A stretch of DNA of 62,736 nucleotides, counting the filler, from Sphacelaria rigidula (lineage: Eukaryota): the NCBI GenBank assembly GCA_964200075.2. It is 7 parts of 7 records of this genome, joined end to end, with 100 filler letters (N's around TTAATTAATTAA, not from the genome) between each part and the next. Parts side by side here need not be neighbours in the genome. Positions count along the whole stretch, not along the records: positions 53,862 to 62,736 come from CAXNAA020009866.1; 6 more parts are not named here. One strand, given 5' to 3'. Below are positions 54,106 to 62,736 of this stretch, piece by piece. The notes below the pieces were generated by a model, which saw nothing but the letters and a program-made list of their open reading frames with translations, had not been told where the DNA came from and ran no database searches. A program made the position numbers and the translations under genes. The first letter of the stretch is position 1. Every line of letters begins with the position of its first letter.

Positions 54106-57086
54106 TGATGACTCGTCCGACGTGTGAACAGTTTTGTCGGGACGATGAGGTTTTTTTCATGAAATACGGTACTGAACACTGAACCTTTATTTTTGCCACC
54201 TGAACTGTGGGACACGCACAGCTGTACGTTTCTCGTGTGCTTTGCCTATGCAGTCAGCTGGAGCGTGCTTGATTGTGGGATGTTTTCTGAAGTGTCCTCT
54301 TTCCCGACGAACACATGATATCCTTCGAAAATAGCAGAAGCTTTTCGCGGCAGAGTTGGTTGAACGAGCATTTATGTCAAAACCCTCCCGGTCTCTTGGA
54401 AATCTTCTCCTAGGTGAAGAATGGCCCATGAAAAATGCCTTCGGAGGAACTATATGGGAAGCCACCCCGAACATCCCAAGACAGCTATTTCTTCGTTGAT
54501 CATACCCGAAGGTTACCGGCTAAATCGGCATGAAATTCACGTTAAAAATATGCGTGATTCAGATGTACTATTCGCATCGCGGTCCAAGGGTTGAGCAGTG
54601 GGTGCTCATTTTATTTACTTCATTCAGTACGGAGATGCAGAGTATTGTCACACCTTAACCGACCCTCGGCGGAATACGCGGTCGAAGGTGATCACACTGC
54701 TTTCCAGTGATGGTTTACGAAGTCGCCTGCACTGAGACAGACTCCAGAAAGTGGAATGTGATGCGTCGAGAGGGGAACATTTTTGCATACTTGCTCGTAA
54801 CCCCTTCCTGCTCCTCTGGACGAGTCTGATCTCTCTGGAGGGATAAACCGTCCATCTCCCCCCGATACATGTCTGGCAACCTGGTATCATGGTGGTTCTT
54901 GATCACCAAAGTCCCTCACCGCGTTGGCTTTGGTTGGTTTTTCCGTTTCCCCACGTGACGCTCATATACACCCATATATACATTCGCCCGATCCCTGGGG
55001 GGTTGGTTGAAATGCGATCACCAATCAAAATCAATCAACCAATTAATCGTTCATGAGAGGTACCGACCCTCTCAGTAAGCACCTTTTCTCGCAAGAGTTC
55101 ACCACTCGGTAAAGGGGTTGTTAGGTCCGACTTGGTTTCAGTGTGGAGACCAGTATTCGGATCTTTGTGGTGGGGGCTGTGCTAAAAGCGTGCGCAGAAC
55201 GATTTCTTGTCTTAATTGGTGCCGGGAGACCTGGTGACGCGCATGTCGCCTAGGGAACACTTTGCGCCCCCCTTGCCCAAGGGCTTTCGGTGTGCCTTCG
55301 TTGAGGTTGAGGGTAGTGTAGGGTTAGGGTTGGTATTGGAGTTATTCGAAATAATGATTTTCGGAGAAAGTTTTCAGCAAGTGGTGAGCTAACCTTCCCT
55401 TTCTCGACGTCGAAGCCAGAGGGAGGGGAGTGCGGGATGCGGGTGTGGTGCAGCATCGTAAACCCTCAACCCTTTGTCTGCCGGAGGTGATTCATTTGTG
55501 AATCGGCATTGTATCCCATCAGTCCTCCTTCAACTGAAAATGATTATTCACAAATGGATGATCGCTCGCAGTCACACACTTGGAGCGTTATTGGCCTCAG
55601 GTCGCCCCTACAGTAGATCGTCTGCTCGCCCAAGAAAAACTCGACGAAAAGACGCGCAAGTCCCGGCGACGTCGGATTTGATGAGCACCCCATTTCACCC
55701 GGGTTGGAGGTTCAGGATTCCGAGTCTCCGTTGAAGAGTGTGCTATCCGGGAGTTGGTGGGTGATATACGAGAGTACACGAGAATCAAGATGGACGCAGA
55801 TTGACCATTCACTTGCTGGTTAAATAATGCATTTGGCAACTGAGGCGGTCACGGGGGTATGGAACACATTTGCATATTTTTGAATGCAGGTCCAGCATCA
55901 TATTTGCTCATCTCTGCAGCCACGGGCTTCTGAGCGAGTGCTTGATGACAATCCCCAGCGCAGCTCCGACTGGATGAGGGAGATGACGGAGACACACCTC
56001 GTGGTAGTATTTTAATGGCGACCCCCAGTGGTTCACCGCATCGCGTCGTCGTGTAACACATTGCCCTAGTACAAAACAGGCAAGCAATGACTTTGGTCAG
56101 CGGCTGTGGAGTCACCATCGCTCATTATTTACTTTGCAGCACTGCCTGCACGGCTGTGCCATTCCCCCCCCCCCCCCCCCCCCCCCCGCCCCCGCCCCCC
56201 GTTGCGTGAACAAGCCCCCCCCTCCTACTACCTCATTTNNNNNNNNNNGGGTTGGGTCTTCTCCTTTCCTTTCTCTTTGTTTTCGCCTGCTGCCTTCACT
56301 GCTTTGCCCTTCCCCCCCCCCCCCCCCGGCAGGCTGCTGTGCTGCCGTGTGCAAAGCGTCATCTACATCGTACTGTACTATAATGTAGAATACACAGTAC
56401 GATATTGTTTGTACTGCACCGTGTTGGAATCTGTTCCACACCTCTCTTTCTGTATGCAAGGCAGACCGTCTGTGGAGTCTGTGTTGCATCGTACTTGAAT
56501 CTTCTTCACATTCTACTGTGCGGAGAACTTGTGAAGACAATACAGACGGTCTGTACTGTCAACACGGCACGTTTCTGGAATCGTTTGTCTTCAGTACAGC
56601 ACAAGGTTGCACATATCCCGCGAGATTGTCAACCTAAATATTGTACCGAAACGAGGCCTGGCGCTCGATACGTCGAGGTACCTGTTGCATGGCGAAGCAG
56701 CTCGTGTCGGGCACCGATTTCGATTGCTTCTCGAACAAAGACGACCTCACAAAAAGAAGCGATACACAATTTCTCCTCACCCCGAAAGAAGTCAGAGGAG
56801 TGGAGAGGGATGGGGGTGGGGGTTGAAATTTGGGGGTCCACACGTGGATGGTGCTGGATATTTATTCCGTTTCGTCGCACACCATGATATGCTGGGATAC
56901 ATGATTTTTTGGATATTTAAGAGTTGAGCGGCCGTCCCCCCCCCCCCCTCACCCGCCGCTGTTCCCTTGTTTTCGCTAAGTGCTGACGAACCCCTTGCTT
57001 CGTCTGCCTGTGTTTCACGCAAGTGTTATTTCCAACGTGTGTGTTGCGTGTCATCGTCCACTGTGTCTTGCGTCTTTTCTCAACAG

Positions 57087-59677
57087 ACAACGTGCCCATG
57101 TTTCCGGGCGAGACCCTTAACCTGCACCTGTTTGAGCCGAGGTACAGGCTCATGATACAACGAATCGTCAACACGTCTCGACGGTAAGTGCATCATATTT
57201 ATGGACATGAAGCTGGTTCACTTGTGAAACGGACGATCCTGCACTAATCTCGAGGGCGTGCCCTGTTTTCGCGAGATTTTGACCAATTACGAGTCGACCG
57301 CGATTCAGAGGAAGGTCGTATATGCAGTCTATTTTTGCACGGTGCCGCGTGTAATCGAAGGTCATCAAAAATCACGAAAAAACACACGCATACACGGAGA
57401 GAAGTACATATGTGGTCGCGTACCCTTCCCTCCATCCGGCTGTCCGGATGATGGTTCGGGCGTTTCATTCATTCTCACTACGCTTGCCACCCATTCCTTG
57501 AGTGATCTGAGGCGTTCAACATCACGGCCGTGCCGAAACAAACGCGAGGAGTTTCTGACGAAACAATGGAATTTCAGCCCACAAGACGAGTTCCGTTTCG
57601 CACTCATACCATGGGGGTGAACATGGTATTGACGCGAAGACAACGAGCGCAAACACGACCTGTCCACAAGAACTCGATATGACAGAACCGCGTACGGTAC
57701 AATCATCAGCGATCATCAGTGTTCTATTTGTGAAGGACGAGACCAGAGCAGAGTATACGCGAAAAAAGGTGAGGAGAAGAAGAGGGTTGTACCCATGGTC
57801 TTGCATGCTGAAGTCTTATAACCATTGACCTCGCGACCCTCCAAGGCCGGGACGGAGCACGCCGGGTTTTCGCCGGACCAGGCGCGTGGGGGCAGACGTC
57901 AGAGTACTGCTACCCGGTGTGGTTGCCAGGTCCTACAGGCTGGTTCACGGAAACCCCCCCAAATTCCGTCATCAGCGAAGCCTTCTGCAATACGCACGCT
58001 AAAGTCGTACACATGGCATCATACTGACCGCAATGAACAGACGAAGAGAGTGACATAACCGGATTTTTGTTCAAGGCTTTAGCGGTGGCGCTACGGACAA
58101 AAATATGTCTCGACCAATCAGCACCTTTCAAGCTGTTCCGAAATTGAAAATACGAATCCCAGGTCCATTTTTCACCGAATCTCTACATGCTTCAAATCGT
58201 AGTGACTGTCATCACCTCAAGAATCTAACGGGGGAAATAGATTTGGAAACGGTTCCAATGGGGTCGAATTATACCCGAAACCGCAATGTTTCGGTGATGT
58301 CGGGTGTTGGCGTCGTCTAATTTCCGCTCATGATACGTAGGAAAGACTCAGGGAGCCTCGTGACGATTGTCCTTATATCTGTTGTAGAAGAGCTAGGATC
58401 ACCCTCAAACTTGGCAGTTCCGTCTGTATTGATGCTACAAATGGAAGAATTGTATTCTTGGCAAGGGTTCAAAGTTTCTCCGTTCTCTACCGGCCTCTGG
58501 GGGTCCCCGTACAAGGACCCCCCGGAAGGCGTGATGCGCCCCGGGATGGTCCAAGGAACACATGTATGAAGTTTGGTGGACAGACTCGAAAATCTCATAC
58601 GCCTTGATGTAAAACTCACCCGAAGAAGACGTTTTCATATTCCAACCAAGTAGGTAAGAGTTTGCACATTTTAAGCTCACATCCTCGAACAAACGCGCAA
58701 ATCTTCACGCATTTATAAGGAGTTGGAGCCTGGATCAACGAGGTATTTCCAATTCTTGATTTTTTTACCGTTTTCGGGGGTCTGACGGGATCCAAGTCGT
58801 TACGTCGAAGTCGTCCAATCTGGGACCCCGGAAAACCGGCACTACGGTCTTTTCTTCTTTTCTCGCGAACGATCTGTCGCAGCAAAACCCGAGGAAGGGT
58901 CCCACAAAGTTTCGTGGCCAAACTTGATTTACTGGCGCTTGAATTTTCATGTTCACGCCAAAGAAGCCCCAAAACGCCTATTCATAGTAAAATCTAGTAG
59001 CTTGCCGTTTCACCGTGGCACGGCAAGGTTCACCGCACAAACGCGAAAAACTTGACGCCGTTTTAAGGAGTTAGGCCCTGAAATTTTGCACAGCTTTGCT
59101 ATGGGTCACCACGCATCCTTATTTGAACAAGGTTTTTTCATTTTTTATTTTACAGTTGTACAGGTGTCCGACTGGATCGAAGTTTCCCCGAAAAACTGGG
59201 ACACCGAAAAAACGGTGAAAAACGTCGAGGATTAAAAAAACCTCTACCTTAGAAAGTTGCGTAACGACCCGTAGAACACCTGTGCATAATTTCAGGGTCT
59301 AACTACTTGAAACGGCGTGAAGTTCTGCCGATGAATGTTTTTTGGGTGATCAACGTTAACCAGCCTGTACGTCCACATGCTGAGATATGAGTGACCCGTG
59401 TCGTCTTCATCACGTCTTGTGCTGAGTCTGCAGGTTCGAGGAATGAATCAACCTATCTTCTCATACCCGCGGTACCTCCCCTACTGTTGAGATTCAGCAT
59501 TGGATCGGGTCTCTCGCACTTCGTCGACTCCATGCGTGTGTGCGTGTGTGAACGGTGGCTTTGTCGTGTGTATTCGTGTGTCTGGTGTGTTGTGCTTGTC
59601 TTGTCAGGTTCGCGTACGTCCCAAACTACACAGACTACACAGCAGCTGTTGGAGACGTCGCCTTGGTGGCAGAAATG
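57087..59677 (+). CDS. LON peptidase N-terminal (substrate-binding) domain protein, LONRF-like; two internal exons
   Basis: Exons 57087-57183 and 59608-59677 (GT-AG, phase 2 junction): NVPMFPGETLNLHLFEPRYRLMIQRIVNTSRR|FAYVPNYTDYTAAVGDVALVAEM. FPG..L.LH.FEPRYR.M is the LON_substr_bdg signature. Confidence 0.85.
57936..59367. mobile_element. Non-autonomous TIR DNA transposon with TA TSD (Tc1/mariner-like) in the LON-domain gene intron
   Basis: TA|CAGGCTGGTTCACG...CGTTAACCAGCCTG|TA; internal hairpin 59051-59322; homologous to the element at 3059. Confidence 0.82.
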
Positions 59678-61482
59678 GTGAGAGACTCGGGCCACCGCCC
59701 AACTGACGAGAGTCGCTCGAGGATGGGCCGCATTGTCGGTTCACCGACTTGACGCGGTGTAAGATCAACATCATTGCGTCTGCTGCACGCGAGTGTGTGT
59801 TTGAGTGTGGGAGGGGTGTACTCATGATCCTACATGCCATGGTCATATATGATTCTTGTGGTGTGGGGGCGTCTACCCGTTCGTTGCTTCCCTTGGTCAC
59901 TTGATCATTGACCACGCATCCCTTTCGAAAAGGATCACCGTTACTAGTCGCATCAGCGATACTCGCCAACATTTGAGCGCCCATCACGCTTCTTCCACAC
60001 AGACACACGGAAATTTTACGCATGCAACCATTTTCCTGTTTCGCTGTCTGTGGCCACCATCTCTCACCTCGAATAGCATTCGTTTTCTCCCTACTGTAGA
60101 ATAGACCAAAAGATCTCGTACCACCTCCTGTGTGTGTATGTGTGGGAGGGGGGGGGGAGTACAATCATGAGTACACCCCCATGGGGTCCCCTAACCCCAT
60201 CTCCATGGGGGGGGAGGGTACTCAGTTAGCCACGAGTACTCTGCCTCATAGCTATCTTACCACTGAAACACTACGTGGTACGATCATCCCTTTCGCATGG
60301 AGTTCGGGCTGTCCACCGCACGCGAAAACTTCGGACTCGACCATCGCGGTTTCCGCGAAAAATTATGAAGCACGTGAAACACCCCCGGTAACCTGGTTGC
60401 CTAGCTTGCGCAGTGAGTTGCGTGTTTAACAGCGTAGTGGCCAACCGACGCCAGCCCTCCAAAGGGGGGAGCGAGAGGCAGGATTCGCCTTGGACAGTGC
60501 ACACGCCCCAACGAAGAACAACTTCATCTCCCGTCAACAGATTGTCTTTTAGGCCGTTGTCCCGTCACCCAGAGTCGACGTTGTTGTTTCATCTCATGGT
60601 CACACCTATACCGCACGTCCCACTCGAAATATATGTTGCAACAATCGAGGTTTGAGCTACCCTGTTTCCTCACCAGTATCACTACTTTTATCAGTCGAGA
60701 AAAAACCAAAGGGTACGCAGCCTCCGCGACACGGTGGTGTAATTGTCCAAACTGACACCGTTAGGTGACGAGAACAAGGCGGGTTCGGCTCCCGCCAGAT
60801 ACGTGTCCTTTTTTTATTTATATCAAAAGCACTTGTACCTTATTTCCGTGGTTGAGAGCGTTGCGGCATTGACGGCGAGAAACGATCGATCGAATAAGTT
60901 CATTGGGCGGCGGATGACCCGTTGCGGAGGAGTGCTAATTCACGCAGCGGTACCAATATGTTAGAAGGCGTGCACCGGGACAAAGACGGGTTGATTACCC
61001 GAGACCACGGACTCGTCCCAGGGAAGGGGAGGGCTTGGAGGTGACGCAAGAGCAAAACTCGCCGTTTCAAAATCTGGTCCCTGGTGCAAGAGGGGGGTCT
61101 CGGCTGTGGTGTCGCCTCCCCCCCCCTTCCCCTCAAATATGTCATCAGTCATCATCCAGAAATTAAGCACCATTCGTTGCCTGAGCACAGATACCATGAC
61201 GGCACATCCGAGGAAACCTCCTCGAAAATTCATGTTGAGGGTACTAGTGCCTGCACTTGCGAGGTGCATTACTGTCTGGGTGTTTCTCGTTGTCTTTTAC
61301 GACTTGAGATGAAATTCTTCCACCGAACATATCTCGAGAACCACGGCGACATATCGCAAAGTAAACATATCTCCTTGATAAAAAGATCGCCATGCGTGTA
61401 CTCCGACGGCTCCTTTGTATACTCGAGGGGTGTTCATAGAAATGAATACGTCGTGTGTGAAGAATATACTGGGCTAAGTAAA

Positions 61483-61566
61483 GGGATCATGGTCGTATGG
61501 TCAGACGATCACCATCAGATAGCAGAGAACGTGGGTTCGATTCCACCAGATGCGTTTTTTTTTTTC
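61483..61566 (+). other. tRNA-like Pol III element (SINE family B head or tRNA pseudogene)
   Basis: TGGTCGTATGG (A box), GGTTCGATTCC (B box), then a T run; similar to 62300-62371. Confidence 0.45.
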
Positions 61567-62299
61567 CCTGGGGGATTTATGATTTCCATCGTCGTAAGCG
61601 TGAGGGCGTCGAGAGAGATGGGATAATCCCTTGAGATCGCGGACTCGTCCCGACGAGGGGGTCATGTTTGGAGTTGAACAAATGTTGTGCCGATCGCGTG
61701 TGACGAAAAAGTATCGAGGAGTCATGCGCCGATACTACGGTGGATCAAGTACCTCATGGGTCCAAATATATTCCACAAGGAATGTACTGGCGATTCTGCC
61801 ACCTATGATATCAATGATGAGACGGCGTAATAAATCGACGTTTGCACAGCGTGAAGTTACCCGCTGGGTCAGCGGTATCCGGATGCACGAGTCCCATACT
61901 CCCATCAGGTGTGTTGTACTTTCTGTACTACACGCGGAACTCACTCGCTTGGCTGCTATGCCTCCTGTCGGAACATTTTTCTTGAAACTTCATTGCCACA
62001 CCAAAGCCGTCGTAGTTAGTGAAAAAATTCCCGCACTATCACCTGCGGTAAACGATTTTTATTTGCAACTCACGTGAGTACGTTGCGCCAGGTCGGACAC
62101 TAAGAAGGTCCCCCGCAATAATACTGTTGCGAGAGGAGGCGTGGCAGCCGAGGGAGTCGCACTCTATCTGCACACGACCTTTTTGTGTTTTTGTCACACC
62201 ATGCACCCCCTTCACTTCCTCGGGATTATCTTATCTCTTCTAACGCCCCCACGCTTTCGACGCTGGAAATTATGTTTTCCGAAGCAAGAAAAAAAAAGC

Positions 62300-62371
62300 G
62301 CGTCCGGCGGGGGTCGAACCCGCGTTGTCCTCACCTTGACGGGCACGGTCCGACCATGAGACCACCGGAGC
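62300..62371 (-). other. tRNA-like Pol III element (SINE family B head or tRNA pseudogene)
   Basis: Minus strand GCTCCGGTGGTCTCATGGTCGG...GCGGGTTCGACCCCCGCCGGACGC then a T run. T stem and partial acceptor stem pair; anticodon arm irregular. Confidence 0.55.
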
Positions 62372-62736
62372 ACTTTTCCCATGCGATAACACTAGAACGA
62401 TGATCTGCGGTTCATTTTCTCGTATCTCGAAGTGAAAGCCTTGGCACTAGAGGAATAGCACACTCAGATCTACCCTGTCGCGGCTTTCGTGGGACTCAAC
62501 CTCGAGATGAGCCGGGCCCGAGTCACCGCAGGAGCTGAACCTGCCAGCCGATTCCCACCGCCATGGAGTGGGGTCCTAGCTTGCAATCACTATATTCCGT
62601 AAAGCTTGGACACCCGCTGTAAACACATCAACAGGAAATGCGTGTGACGCGTCCTGAGATTCTTCGACCCCTGGGCACCCATGAGGCAGTATATGAGCCG
62701 TTGCTGTCTCTGGAAGTGGCGATACCAGATAACAAA

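Noticed and set aside
61100..62077. Coding-like fragments suggesting a viral gene relic
   Set aside because: No identifiable motif in any frame and multiple stops; cannot be supported without a database search.

Overview
Intron-rich eukaryotic nuclear DNA, most likely from a brown alga or related stramenopile (inferred from gene content and repeat types). The window is not one locus. It consists of seven contigs of 8877, 8877, 8877, 8877, 8877, 8876 and at least 8875 bp joined by identical 100-bp N44-TTAATTAATTAA-N44 linkers. The near-equal lengths suggest size-sorted concatenation, so adjacency across linkers should not be trusted. Genes reconstructed exon by exon: a complete 6-exon alpha-tubulin (453 aa) and five partial genes. 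The partial genes are a CWF19L1/Drn1-like RRM+CwfJ protein (two of three introns GC-AG), a multi-WSC-domain protein with a Gly23 linker, a 27-aa giant-virus-type ankyrin protein, a canonical ankyrin protein head-to-head with tubulin, and a LON-N-domain protein. The rest is mostly transposable elements: decayed Copia and Gypsy retrotransposons, a hAT derivative with an 8-bp TSD and a BED-finger relic, TA-flanked TIR elements, a TTA-flanked Harbinger-type MITE, ~100-bp TTAA piggyBac-type MITEs and two tRNA-derived SINE-like families. I found no convincing wholly new multi-gene system. The best leads are the paired GC donors in an intron-turnover gene, an apparent 1-nt intron shift between WSC repeats, the RT-less Gypsy, and the family-specific palindromic subterminal motifs of the DNA transposons.
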